Of a stretch of 64,000 bases of DNA, positions 23,892-37,010 are shown piece after piece. Numbering within the stretch: the first letter of the stretch is position 1; every line of letters begins with the position of its first letter. This DNA is from Carcharhinus longimanus (taxonomy: Eukaryota), in assembly GCA_030264375.1 (NCBI GenBank), contig JASCQW010000105.1:71532602-71596601 (forward strand), given 5' to 3'. Both the position numbers and the translations under genes were made by a program. A model generated the notes under the pieces. It made no database searches. It worked only from the letters and a program-made list of their open reading frames with translations, and was not told the DNA's origin.

Positions 23892-25390
23892 CATAAGAAA
23901 TAGGAACAGGAGTAGGCCATTGGACCCGTCAAACTTGCTCTGACATTCCTCGCATCCACTTTCCTGCCCTTACCTCAACCTTGAATTCCCTTACTGATCA
24001 AAAATCTATCTCAGCCTTAAATATACACAAGGAGTCTGTCCCCCCCCAGGTTCTCTGGCAAGGAGCCCCAAAGACACTCAACCCTCAGAAAACATTTCCT
24101 CTTATCTAGATCCAAAATTGATGCCCCTTTGTTCTGAGGCTGCATCCTCTGGTAACAGACTCTCCCATGTGGGGCAACATCCTCTCATCATTTACCCTGT
24201 CACGCTCCTTCAGAATCCGAAAAGTGGTCTCACCAGTACCCTGCAGCAAAACTTAGTTTGCCCAATACTACTACTTTGATACTCTTATACTCCAACCCCC
24301 TTGAAATGAGGGGTGAATATTCTATTAACCTTCCTGATTAGCTACTGCACTTATGTGCACAAGTAGCTCCAAGTCTCTTTGCGTTGCATCTTCCTACAGT
24401 TTTTCTCTATGTAAACAATACTGTTCTTTTGTTTTTCCTTCCAAAATTAACAACTTCACGTCTTCCCACAATTACTCCATTTGCCAACCTTTTGCCCACG
24501 TACTGAACCTATTAATATATCTTTGTAAACTGCTTGTATCCTCTTTTGCAATTTGCCTTTCCACCTATTTTTGTGTCGTCTGCAAACCTGGCTACGTTTG
24601 TTTCCTTTCTCCACGTTATTAATATACTTTGTAAAGTTGCGATCCCCACACTGATACCTGTGAAACCCCATTAGTTACAAGTCACCAAACTGAAACAGAA
24701 CCTCTTATCCCCCACTTGCTGTTGCCTGCTCATGAGCCAATTCTCTATCCATGCCAACAGACAACCTCCAACACCATGGGCTCTTATGACTTAACGTTTT
24801 ATCAAACGTCTTCTGGAAGTCCAAACACATCTACTGGCCACCCTCTATCTACTCTGGTTCAGATTTCCTCAAAAAACTCTATTAAATTAGTCAGACATGA
24901 TTTCCCCATCCGTGAAACCATGCAGGCTCAGCTAGATTAGATTATGATTTTCCAAATATATTCCTATCGCTTCCTTAATAAATGATTACATTTTTCCAAC
25001 AATAGCTGCTCGGCCTATGGTTACCTGCTTTTTGCCTCCCTCCCTTTTTGAATAGGGATGTCACGTTGGCAGTTTTTCAATCATCTGGTACTTTTCCACA
25101 ATCCAAGAATTTTTGGAAAATTACAAACAATGTATCCACTATACCTGTAGCTACTTCTTTTAGGATCCCAGGATGCAAGCCACCTGGGCCAGAGGACGTA
25201 CCTGCCCTGTTAATTTGTCTAATACCACTTCTCTATTGATGGGATTAATTCCTCCCCCATAATGTTTAGTATTAATGAGATGTTCAAAGTATCTTCACTG
25301 CAAAGACTAATGCAAGATATCTGTTTAACACCTGTGCTATTTTTTTGTTCCCCATAACTATCTCCCCAGATTCATTTTCTAAGGAACCTC
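23892..25390 (-). mobile_element. Degraded CR1 LINE (RT region to 3' end)
   Basis: 3' end cataagaaataggaacaggagtaggccatt; RT-like remnants with many deletions. Confidence 0.85.
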
Positions 25391-25659
25391 AAAGATTTGC
25401 AAGGCTGGAGGAATCAAGGCAGAATGCTATAGAAAGTCAGACAGAAGTATCATTCCAGGGTTATTTTACTGCTCATTTCCTTTGACCCAAAACAATAATG
25501 CTTTAATTTTGATAGTTAATGAATAGACCCGAAGTCAGTCTTTACTCAGGTTTGGATTTAGTCACAAAGTGAAACGTTACAAATGTCTTGTTCCTAACTC
25601 TACAACCCACCCCGTGTCCCCAAGTCTTTTCTGTTTTGTTAAAAAAGACTTGGGTTTGC

Positions 25660-25934
25660 TCAGGTGCCAAAACCGTAGGATGCGGTCCTGGCGTTTCAGA
25701 GCATACAACATATCTGTAGTGGTGATCATCTTGCATTTGGCATGCTCAGCATTGGTGACCACATCACTGATCACATTCCTCAGGTCTCCTCGTAGATCAA
25801 GCCACATATCTGCTTGACACCGACATGGTGACCTACACATCAGATAGCTGGCTTGGTGATCACAAAAGCACTTTCCCGTGACACTTTGTTCCACCTTCTT
25901 CCAGCCCTTTGCCTCCTTTTCCTCTGTTAGCCAT
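25660..25934 (-). pseudogene. H4: Histone H4 pseudogene
   Basis: [23 protein letters not shown] (H4: [23 protein letters not shown]) and LRNVISDVVTNAEHAKCKMITTTDMLYALKRQDR..YGFG* (H4: [41 protein letters not shown]); premature stop, frameshifts, 275 nt versus 312. Confidence 0.95.
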
Positions 25935-27207
25935 GGCACTTTTGTCAAACAATTATACCATGAGTGCCCCTCTTCTGCATACACTTAACCTTAATTTATA
26001 CAATTAACAAATATCTGACAAGTGCCCCCTTTTATAAGGAGGCCATCATTAAAACAACCGGCTCAAAACAAAATGCTTATAGGTTCAGCCTTTCAGCTTT
26101 ATGGAGATACACCAATTAATTTCCCTTAGAAAACCTCAGTGTACATTTAAATGCAATATATTCTTTAATCACATTATTTGCAGAAAGGCCTTATTTCAAG
26201 GTTTGTTCTTTATTGATGACAAATTGCGACCCTGTGATTGAAAAGAGTTAAATATTTTCCAGTTGTTTACCACAAAAATTCAGTAAACACTTCAGCAATC
26301 CCAACTATTCTTTTCAAATATAAAGGCAAGTCGGCCAAATAATTAGGAAAGCAGGTCCACAAACATGGGTGCCTCATGTTAAAGAATAATCACTTACCAA
26401 CTACACTAAGTTACAGTAGAACTTAGTTGCATTTTTATCAGCACTATATTGATCAAAAATCTATTTCATCACAAAATTACCATTTTTTTAAATGGCAACT
26501 TGCTCCAGTTCCAATGAAAAGTTACCTTAAAATATTAACCCTTTCTTCACAGATATGGCTTGACCCATTTCCGGCACTGCTTTTAATTTGAATTTCCCAT
26601 CGCTATTTTACGTTTTAGATAGATTCACTGAATTAACTGATCTCCACATTCTGATGCCTTTCCAATGACAAAATCTAAAATTCAAATTTCAAACCTTGTA
26701 AAAGACTGAAGCTAGTTGAGAGACAAGGATCCATGCTCTGCCAATGCAAACTGGACATAAAATTGTTTCTGCAATAAATTCTTTACCCTGGCACAGTTTT
26801 CCAATCACCCTCAAATGTCAGTCAGATTATTTGTTTTCCTTCTGCATTTACTGGTGGTGGGAGCATACGTGGTGTCACGTTCTGCAACTGCTCAGTAGAT
26901 GTCATCAAGAAATTTCTGACGTGCACATTCATGTAATTTTAGTGCCTACCGTGAAGACATTGAATCACATCAGACAACCCAAACAGTGGGCTGATAAATT
27001 AGCCTTTATCGTTGTTCATCTTGTTGCTGCAACTAATAATACTATAAAGATGACAGTAATCCCTGCTTTTTCGTATTTATCAATACCATGTTATTTTTAC
27101 ACTTACAATCAAATACACCTTTGCCTAGGGAATCAGATCTGAATGGCAGTTTCCAAAAACAAAGGCAAAATACGACTCAAACAAAATTCTCCAAAATCTT
27201 AACTCTA

Positions 27208-27980
27208 TCATAGAGCATAGAAAAACTACAGCACAAACAGGCCCTTCGGCCCAGAAGTTGCGCCGATGATATCCATACCTACTAGGCTTACCGACAACCC
27301 TCAATCCTATTAAGTCCCACATACTCATCCAAAAGTTTCTTAAAAGACCTTACCGAATTTGCCTCCACCACCACCAACGGCAGCCAATTCCACTCACCCA
27401 CCACCCTCAGGTGAAAAACTTACCCCATATCTCCTCTGTACCTACTCCCCAGCACCTTAAACCTGTGTCCTCTCACAGCAACCATTCCAGCCCTAGGAAA
27501 AAGCCTCAGAATCCACCCAATCTATACCTCTCAACACCTTATACACTTTTATCAGGTCACTTCTCATCCTTCGTCTCTCTAAGGAGAAAAGACAGAGCTC
27601 CCTCAACCTATCCTCATAAGGCATGCCACCCAATCCAGGCAACATCCTTGTTAGTCTCCTCTGCACCCTTTCAATAGCTTCCACATCCCTCCTATAATGA
27701 GGCGACCAGAACTGGGCACAGTACTCCAACAGGGATCTGACTAGGGTCTTACAAAGCTGCAGCATTATCGCCCGACTCCTAAACTCAATCCCTCGATTGA
27801 TGAAGGCCAGTACACCATACGCCTTCTTAACCACATCCTCTATCTGTGAGGCCAAGTTAAGAGTCTTATGGACCCGGACCCTAAGGTCCTTCTGATCCTC
27901 TACACTACTAAGAGTCTTACCTTTGATATTATACTGCTTCATCCCATTTGACCTGCCAAAACGGACCACTACACATTTAT
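27208..27980 (-). mobile_element. CR1/HER1 LINE 3' fragment
   Basis: KKAYGVLAFINRGIEFRS..LCKTLVRSLLEYCAQFWSPHYRRDVEAIERVQRR..; 3' end catagagcatagaaaaactacagcac. Confidence 0.95.
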
Positions 27981-28309
27981 TATTATTTATTACTATCATT
28001 ACGGTCAGAAACTTTAGAACATACATTCTTAGCAACGGATGGAATATTGTTAAACTCAGCATTGACAAGTTGCAGATAAAAGATATTGAACTCAATAGTG
28101 TTAAAATCAAGAAAGAAAGTGAACTAGTGGCTCATACCTTGCTGAGAAGTTCGCTGCTACTGGGGACAGCAATGACACCACAACCACTGGGGAGCCCATT
28201 TACTCAAATCCAATGCGTCTTAATGGGCTCCAGAGGGGATCTATGAGCGTGGAAACTAATGCTGAATGCCCTGCATTTATCCCAATATTAACATTGATTT
28301 AGGTCTGCC

Positions 28310-28354
28310 TCCCTCAGTTCAATTCATTCCCTCAGTTCACTTCATTCCCTCAGT
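28310..28354 (+). repeat. 18-bp minisatellite, 2.5 copies
   Basis: tccctcagttca(a/c)ttcat. Confidence 0.85.
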
Positions 28355-28999
28355 CTACCAATGTTGGAGAAGAGCTAGGAAGAGCTAAGTAAATCTGCTT
28401 ATTTGCTGACAAGGTTCACACCATCAAGGTTGGCCTACTCTTATGTCATGATCATTCCTTGATAAGCATTGTAAAAGGCGCTTCCTCATTGTCCAGTCCT
28501 CAGTGAGATTGTGACCATAAGAATACCCAGAGCGATGAGGAATACAAGAACAGTCAAAGCTGTTTAACCATAATTACGTATTCATATTTTGCACTAAATA
28601 CCATCACTGAAGTTCCACACAACATTCTTCCAAATGCTTCCCAAACAATTACAGTGCCTGGAACCTTACTAATAGTATGAAGAATGGGCTGCATTCATGT
28701 CAGCAAAGACAGTAATTAACGAGTGCAGCTCTATATGGATCAGTGTTATGACCACTGCGTTGCTGCATCTCTTATTGATCATTTAGATCTTCACCAAATG
28801 TATTAGACAGGACAGCACCAGAAAGGGCCAGTTCGGGGATTGAACACATGACTCTGGTGTTATTAACACCATGCTTGAAGTACCTGAGCTAATTGGCAAG
28901 GCATTGAAGGAACAGTTCTTAACTTTACTAATGCTTTTGGGACAGGGTAATTCCAAACATTTTTATCTAATGCAAGATCACTTGCGTAAGTCAGCTGAA

Positions 29000-29045
29000 G
29001 AGGCTGGGATATAGCAGCTGTCGAGGCTGGGATATAGCAGCTGTC
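29000..29045 (+). repeat. Perfect 23-bp tandem duplication
   Basis: gaggctgggatatagcagctgtc twice. Confidence 0.9.
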
Positions 29046-30137
29046 AAACAGGAAGAGAATATTGCGTTAGGATGCAGTCTGGATTTGCAATATTAAACTA
29101 GGAATATTATATAGCTCCATCTAAGCCATGTTTGGTTTGGATCCCCAAATGAAACAGTAGATATCAAAGGCTTGGAGAAGGCACCGAAGAGAGCTACCAG
29201 AACAGCAACTAGTTTGGGATTCTTATTTGTCGTCAAGATAGGATCCAGGCATTACTTATTGAGGAAGCCTAGACTTTGTGATATGATAGAAGCTTGAAAA
29301 TGATAAAGGTAGTTAATGTATCCTATTTCAATGGTTATGATATGTTAACCAGAGAAAAGCAGGAATAAAGGTATCAGTGTTAAACATAAAAACAAAGTTG
29401 TTAAATGCAAGTATTGCTTCAGAGTGTCCTTGACTTCTGGAACATTTTACCAAATTGGGCAATAAGTAGGAGTTGACTGCACTTCTTTAGTCGGGAGCTG
29501 GATGAGTTCCCATGAATCAAGGGCATAGAAGGGCGGGGGTGTGGACTTATTGCTGTTATTGTTGATGAGTTACTGCAATCTCTTGGAACCAATTTGATTG
29601 CCTGAGATTTGAGGTATTTCTTTCCCTCAGTCACTTAACTGGCCTTCCGTTATCATTCATGTGCAAGTTGGGCGCCAGAGAAGAAAGTGTATGCAGGTTA
29701 CACCATGTACACATAGACAGGGCTGAGTTTTTGGCTTCTTTCAGCTTTGTTTATTTGGAAATTCAAAAGCAATGTCAGTCATTGTATGAATAATGTTATC
29801 AGAGCATGCATTAGCTTGGGGATAAATCCAGGCAAAAATCAATTTTGGTTGATAGGTGTCCTCATTGTTTCCTCCAGGTATACTTAATAGTTTCATTTAA
29901 AGTTACGTTCTTTTCACTTAGCATCTCAAAACAAAGTATGCCCAGGTTGTCACTTGGTCATAAAAGATAAAAATCCCATTATACATATTGACATCAGGAC
30001 ACAAGCCGTCATCCATGCAATCATAACATTTTGTACCTGTCTACTGTTCAAACAGCAAGAACCATCTGATTGAGACCAGGAGTGAATATGATGCTTGCAA
30101 AGAATGGAAGCATTTTAAGTGCCACGGGTAACTGGTT

Positions 30138-30770
30138 TGTTAATAATGAGCAGACAGCCATGAAACATTTAGATAAGGCCTTATAAAAATGCAAATGAGA
30201 TATGGGCCAATAAGAGTCAAAACTAAATTAAATAAGCTTACAGTTTACCCATGTGGTGGATCATTGCTCCTTTGGTGTAAAATTAGAAATCTGTGTAAAC
30301 TGTAATATTTAAAGTACAGGATATTCCAAAGCTCATTACTTCGGTTCCTGCCCAGTCACAAGGGGGAGGCCCTCTGAAAGTGCTTTGATAGATCATCTGA
30401 ACAGTTCAAAAGTCGATGAACAATCCCTTGAACTAGTTTCAGAAAGTTTCACAAATAGGAACAGTTAAATACTTAAAAGTCTTAAGTAAAGACGATTGTT
30501 GGAGCAAAGTTACCCCTTTGGAGCAGTGGCCTTCTGCTGGGTATGGCCTTAGATCTGAAAGTGTGTTTGAGCTACTGGGAATCTAGAGAGGGAACCTTGG
30601 ATGGAGATATTGAAACCTGTGAGGTGGGCCGTTGTTAAAGCCATTTAAGTGGAGCAGCCGGAATGCTATAAGATACATATTGTAAGTTGTTTCATCTTTG
30701 AGGATGTACAGTAAAGTCTGTTTCTGTTTGTTCAAAACCCACATCCTGGGGTCTGGCCAGGGCTCATAAT
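30138..30770 (+). mobile_element. Probable solo LTR
   Basis: ~630 bp from tgtta... to ...gggctcataata (imperfect TG..CA/TIR), polyA-like agtaaa ~55 nt before the end; no clear TSD. Confidence 0.4.
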
Positions 30771-30879
30771 AAGCTGCTTACTGCCAGTATTTATTCAATG
30801 ATCCTGGAAAACAGGTCAGCCTTTAACCAAAATGCCCCAATCGTTGCACAGCTAACCAATGCTATCTTCTGTGTTTAAA

Positions 30880-31445
30880 GGTGTAACGGCAGGGCACTTA
30901 GTAAAATGCAAAGCAATCAGGCAGTCAACATGGTTTTCCAAAAGGGGGATTTAATGTTTAGGCAGTTTATTGGAGGTCTTTAAAGTCATATGTGCTGTCG
31001 ATAAAAGGGAACCAGTGGATGGACTGTACGTTGATTCCCATTTGATAAACATTTGGGAAAGTGTTACAGCAAAGATAAGTTAAGAGTAGGAAGAGACTTG
31101 ATTGAAACTGTAAAGATCCCGAGGTGTCTCTAGGTCGATGTAGAGAGAACATTTTCTTTAGTGGGTGAACTGAGTGCTGGGGTTCATTATTTAAAAACAA
31201 GGGAACACGCATTTAAAACAGAAATTAGGAAAATATTTTTCTAAAATGGCAACCAGCCTTTGGAATTCCCTTCCCAAACGCTGGTGGAAGCAGGGTCTTT
31301 GAACATTTTGAAGGTAGATTCTTGATAAACACTGGGTTGAAAGGTTAACAAAGGTAGCAGAGATTATACAATCAGGTGGGCCATGATCCTATTAAACAGT
31401 TGATGAGGCTCAAGGGGCTGAGAGGCCTGCTCCTAATTTACATGT
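30880..31445 (+). mobile_element. Old, internally deleted CR1
   Basis: aggcagtcaacatggttttccaaaaggg (SQHGFxKG) joined to 3' end aggctcaaggggctgagaggcctgctccta. Confidence 0.75.
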
Positions 31446-32007
31446 CTGCAAGGACTACTCATTTGCAAGAGGTGCCAGTGCGCTGCTGGCACCTCTGGAA
31501 TTGTACCCTACCACAAGATGGTCATCGCAGGAGGCAATGTTCGTGGGTAGGGGGATGGGTAGCACCTCTTGGTTTCAAACCAAAGTTCAGATTGACTAAA
31601 ATAACAGAGCTTTCACATTAACTTAGGAATCTGAGCACTTTGGGTAAAATATTAATTTTTCACTATGTATTATATGCTTTATGCATGGAAGGTTTTCTGC
31701 ATGCAATTAAAATGTTACTATACAGATTAACACTCTTTTTCAATAACTGGATCAAAGGGAAAACTGCTGGCTCTTGATGAAAATTCTGACCTTGAACCTG
31801 AGGACTAGATCTTTGCTCCAATTTCCTCCTTTCCTACACCATTCCCCCATGGCCAACATTCAAATTGAAAATCAGGTACAGAATGCCGAATTTCCCATCC
31901 ACGTATTGCAAAGCACTATAGGAATAGTACAGAGGAAAAGATGCTGCCAGGGAAGGTGGGGACAATGCAAAGAAACCCTCATTTCGTTTGAGGATTTCAA
32001 TTCATAA

Positions 32008-32185
32008 AAATCATAGAATCACAGTGCAGAATAAGGCCATTTGGCCCACCATGTCTGCACCAACAACAATCCCACCCAGGCCCAATCCCCATAACCCATA
32101 CATTTACCCACTAATCCCGTGAACCTACATATACCAGGACACAAAGGTGCAATTTAGCTTAGCCAACCAACCTAACCTGCACATT
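32008..32185 (-). mobile_element. HE1 SINE 3' part
   Basis: catagaatcacagtgcagaataaggccatt...gcaatttagcttagccaaccaacctaacctgcacat. Confidence 0.85.
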
Positions 32186-32596
32186 TTTTTTGTTTTTAAG
32201 TGACCAATTTCAAATCATGCAAAGCATGTGAATCACTCTCTTTTGATACAGGTGGTGTCTAACCAGAGTGAAGGGTTTAATGAACCGAAAGGCCCTTTTT
32301 TCCCTCAATCTAAACTTGAGATGTGGCTCCAAGGGTCTAAAAATCCACAAGATAAAGAGTATTGCCAAAATCTCATCACCACCTTTGACAACTCGGTAAC
32401 CTCTAGTGTTTTTTTCTCAACCTACATCGACAGACAAAACTAAAGGTGAAGTGCCATTTTTAGGTTAAAAATGTTCAAATGATCAGGTTTTTCTTCTTTA
32501 TGATTGCTTTGAAATTATGAATTAATTGAACTGGTACCCTAGTGCTGTGAGGCAGCAGTGTCAACTACTGTGCCACCATGCATAATTGATAGTATA

Positions 32597-33008
32597 GAAC
32601 CTAGATTTTGCTGAAAAAGACAGATCAAAATTTTTGTCTTGCACTCATCAGGACATTTCAAGTATGCCAACATAAGGGTAAAACAATTGGTACTGAGAGA
32701 AGAATACTGGTTTATTGCACTGAACAAAATAAGTGATAGCCATTCGCTAACTCATTCCTCAGTGTAATGCCTTGACCCATCAGGACCAAGCTGCCTGGTT
32801 TTAATTTCAATGAATGCCTTGCAGTTAACTGTCGGCCACCATCAACTGGTGCATTGTCCATACAAATGGATCTATCGATCAGAGTCTACTTGCCAACCAA
32901 TCCGTTTCCTCTTATACAATAGTCTTTGCACTCTTTATATTGGTATTCTTACGACATATTCCAATATGTGCAAGTCTAAAAGCTTCTATCTCTTTCAGCA
33001 ATACTCAG
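32597..33008. mobile_element. Second Penelope-like family with inverted ends
   Basis: ttgctgaaaaagac..tcttgcactcatcaggac..gtatgccaa is inverted to ttggtattc..gtgcaagtc..tctctttcagcaa; CTGATGA core at 32645-32651 (minus). Confidence 0.6.
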
Positions 33009-34429
33009 TGCCACCCGAAGGGATACATTATGGCAAGAGAAATAAGGATGCTGTACACTCTTTGGAAATTAAGAATCTGAGGTAGGGTAGAGCAGCAAAG
33101 GGATTTAGAGGTACACATTTAAAAATCATTAAAGGATAACAAGGCTATAAAAGTGCAAATAAAGCACAGGGTTTCATTCCTACAAGAATGAAATTGAAAA
33201 GCAAGGATATTATTTTAAACTTGTATACAACCTTGATTAAATCATATTGATTATGATACAGCTCTGGTCTCCAGAGCTCAAAAAGGAAATAGGAGGATTG
33301 GAGAAGATTTGCAAGTGCAATTTTAGAACGGAGAGATTAAAACCATCAAGAACTGACAAACCAGTACACCATACTTAGAGTACTCGAGCATGGTTATATT
33401 TAGCATGTCTAGCTTACATCCACACAGCTCTACTTTCAATCATTATGTCTCATATGCCTCTGAGTAAACTTTCCATCAACAGTATTTTAACACCACGTTT
33501 CAAAATCATTGAGCAGTAACAATTGTGTTGTCTACTATTGCAGTTGTATATCACATATTTTTCAAAGGCTGACATTGTATTTTCAGTGACTGACTACTAC
33601 TGCTGCTCGGAGAGAAACATTGCCTCCATAGGGTTTACCTCAATGACAAGTCATCACAATCTAAACACAGTGCCTACCGAAATATCTGCAGTAGCATACA
33701 ATGCAAGCTTGGATGTAAAACACTTGACTGACACGCGTCTGCTTTCTGATTCACCATTTACAGGCCTCAACAATAAGATTCTACAATGTTCTGGAATCTC
33801 TTTATCAATAGGCCCCAGTCTATTGATTCATCACCAATGCTCTGTGCCCAACAAGTCAACACTGCTCACAGAAAACATCCTCACACAGGATCACTACATC
33901 TGGTGCAACCAAATAAAAAATGGTGCAGCCTCCTATGAAAACAAGTGCAAATGAGAGGCAGCGAAAACACAAGGAGAGAAAACCCTGAGCTACCAGCTTG
34001 CCCAAATTTCAATAATCTACAACATCCTGCCTTAACTTGCAACAGAACCTCCTATGAGCAGATTGGCCTTAGCAGTCACCTACATAGCCAGCAGAAAACC
34101 ACCAAACATTCCATACGATCAGCATGATAAATTTCACATCGAAGGGCGAACAAAACAGGCCAAGTTTATACTGTTATTTCCTCTCTGTTCGAAAACCGAT
34201 TGGCTAAGAGTTGACTTTTTTTGTAGCATTGGACAACTTTAAGACATGGGTAAGATTCAGTTCGACAAATTCATGCTAGGGCAGTGGTTTCATTTCATGT
34301 CCACAGAAATGTGGCTTTTGAATAAATCGCACATTGTATACAACGAATACACAGTACAACGTTAAATTCAACATCTTCAGGCCATGAATTCTGTCCTCTA
34401 TTTTCTGTATCTTGGTCTCATGTTTTGCT

Positions 34430-34960
34430 TTCAGACAGCACTGACCTTTGCGCTTTTACGTTTGTGCTATTTTATCAGACAGCACTGATCTTTGTTCCGC
34501 TAGTAACACCTACTCTGGATTAATGTTTTGTTCATTTAAGACTACCATTCCCATTCATTTCTCTGACGAAGGATCATGCAGATTCAAAATATTGCCTCTG
34601 TTCTCTCTCCACAGATGCTGTCAGTCCTGAGATTTTCCAGCTTTTCCTGTTTTTGTTTCAGATTCCAGCATCTGGAGTAATTTGCTTTTATCCCACACTT
34701 AGCCTTTCGTTCCAGTGACACCTTTATAACTCAATCTCCTCTGCTCTCCAACCTACCCCTGATCTTTTTATGCTCAATTTGATCCTCCACCTTTCAACAA
34801 CATAAACTCATCGCATTTCTCACTCCTTTTCAGCTCGAAAGTCATGTTGGACTTGAAATATGAAATCTATTTGCCTCTCCAGATGTTGCCAGACTTGAGG
34901 TTTTCTAGCATTTCTTGTTTTTATTTCAGATCGCTAGCATCTGCGGTGTTTTATGTTTAT
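34430..34960 (+). mobile_element. Penelope-like 3' ends in tandem (third family)
   Basis: Two copies of ctctccacagatgctg..cagac..gagttttccagc..ttctgtttttatttcagattccagcatctg (34600-34690, 34870-34960); CTGACGA at 34563. Confidence 0.7.
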
Positions 34961-35589
34961 CACACAAACCTCAATAATGGTCCTATTCAGCTGTAGATTA
35001 GAAAGATGTTTTGTTTTAATCTCCTAATTATCTTTCATGGAGCACTCTTTTGCAACACTGCTTTCCTGACCACAACATCCAGAATCAAGGATGAATTCTT
35101 CTGATGCTGTCCCACAGAAATGGGTGGTTGTTTTATCAGCTGAGTATCTAAATAGTTTACCCTACAAACTCTGACCACTTTTGAGAGCGAGGTGAGTGTA
35201 ATGTCCTGAAATATTATAATTCAGTCTAGACACACAAGACTTCCTAGGTAATTCAGAATAACATCCTTAAGAATGTTAACACTTACATTGGCTGTAGCAA
35301 GGCTTCTTCCAAAGACTTCTGAAATCTAGCTTCTGAACCACATTGATCTATGCTGTCAACTTGCACAAGCAAACTCACGTCAGCATCAATTGCGCCAATC
35401 TTGGATGCACTATGACCACAGAGAGGCATCTGAAGAAACCCCAAGTGCCAATGAGAAGTAAAACCTCTTTCTCTATTGATGGTTTTGAATCAAGAAGCTT
35501 GATGCCACTTCTATTTAGCAATTAAATAAGGATGCAACTTCAAGCGTGCGGATGCTAACCAACAACCTGGCTATATTAACAAAATATTA

Positions 35590-36275
35590 CATTTGTGGAA
35601 TCTGAGCATCCCTGGCAAGGCCACCATTTATGGTTCATCCCTAACTGCCCTCGAGAGAAGGTGTTATCACATTTCTGAACCGCTGCAGTCCACTGGTATG
35701 GGTGCTATTTGGGAGGGAATTTCAGGATTTTGCCCCAGCAACAATGAAGGACATATAAAATAATTCCAAGTCAGGATGGAGAGAGACTTGGAGGGGAACT
35801 TACTAGCGATATGTTCCCATATGTCTGCTGCCTTGTTCTTCTAGGTGGTAGGAGATGGCAAGTTTAAAAGGTGCTATTGAAGGAGTTGGTGAGTTGTAGT
35901 GCATCTTCTTAGATAACACAGAGCAGCCACTGTGCACCAGTGGTGGAGGAGAATGTTTACAGTGGTGGGTGGGATCTCGATCAGCAGGCTGTTCTTTCCT
36001 GGATAGTGTAGGGCTCAAGTGTTGTTGTAGCTGCATTCATCCAGATAACCGGGGAGTATTTCAGCATTCTTGTGCCTTTTAGATGGTGGACAGGCTTTGG
36101 GGAGACAGGATGTGCATTACTCACCATAGAATTCATCACCTCAGACCTGTTCTTGTAGCCATAATATTTATAGGATTGGTCCAGTAAAATTTCTCGTTAA
36201 TCATGACCCTCAGGATGTTGATAGGAAATTCAGTGATGGTAACACAGTTGAACATCCAAGGGGTGTGGTAAGAGG
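35590..36275 (-). mobile_element. CR1-group (Crack/Daphne-like) LINE 3' fragment
   Basis: Collinear with 10150-10845. Confidence 0.8.
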
Positions 36276-36614
36276 CAACATAGCAATGTTTAACTTTTCT
36301 TGTTGACAAATTATGCTGAAGTCTAAGTCAGATAAAAGCACAGCCCTTTTGCAACCTATGATGTTTTTCTGAAGTAAAAGATGATGCTTTTCTTTTAAAG
36401 CTGCCATCATGGTCAGGTCCTATAATCAATTCGGTCGAATTACCCAATAAATCTTAGACACATGAAGGAGCTAACCACCTCTGGAAATCCTCAAGATCCA
36501 TGCTTCATTAATGCTTTCACATTTGTATTCAAATATACAAGCAAGCATATGGAGGCTATGACTGGCTACGCAGGTTGGGCACATTTATAAATTTAAATTC
36601 ATATTTGAGTAGAT

Positions 36615-37010
36615 GTCAGCCTTGGTTCAATGATTGTGTGCTTGCCTAAGTCAGAAGGTTGTAGATTTAAGACCATAGCAAGAGCCCTGAACACAAAACC
36701 TAGGCTGGCAATTCAGTGTAACAGTGTCAAAGATACCATCTTTTGGATGCAAAACTAGACCAAGGCTCCATCTGCATTCTCAGGTGAACATAATAGGGGG
36801 TTACTTTGAATGGCAACAGTGAAGCTATCCCTGATCTCTAGGCCAAAACGTATTCTCCACGCAACATTAATAAAATGAATTCCGTTGATCATCACATCAT
36901 TATTTGTGCAAGTATGCTGTGTAGAAATTAGCTTTGCATTACAAAACTGACAATTGGCTGCAAAGTGCTTTGGGATATCCTGAAGCCATGAAAACTGTTC
37001 TTTGTTTCTT
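36615..37010 (+). mobile_element. DeuSINE
   Basis: Collinear with 18995-19400 (cagccttggttca..gtcagaaggttg..aaagtgctttgggatatcctga). Confidence 0.7.

Noticed and set aside
26392-26460. Strong minus donor G|GTAAGTG
   Set aside because: The upstream segment has stops in all three frames and a poor acceptor
26744-27142. 132-aa ORF and a possible minus 41-nt exon near 26950-26990
   Set aside because: No motif, weak acceptor, random-like composition
28310-29045. Short direct repeats as a CRISPR-like array
   Set aside because: Only 2-3 adjacent copies, no spacers, eukaryotic context
33523-33954. 143-aa plus-strand ORF
   Set aside because: Non-ATG start, no recognisable motif, no splice support; length compatible with chance
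35379-35429. 51-nt minus segment with good AG/GT sites
   Set aside because: Two open frames and no independent support; kept only as a possible extra exon
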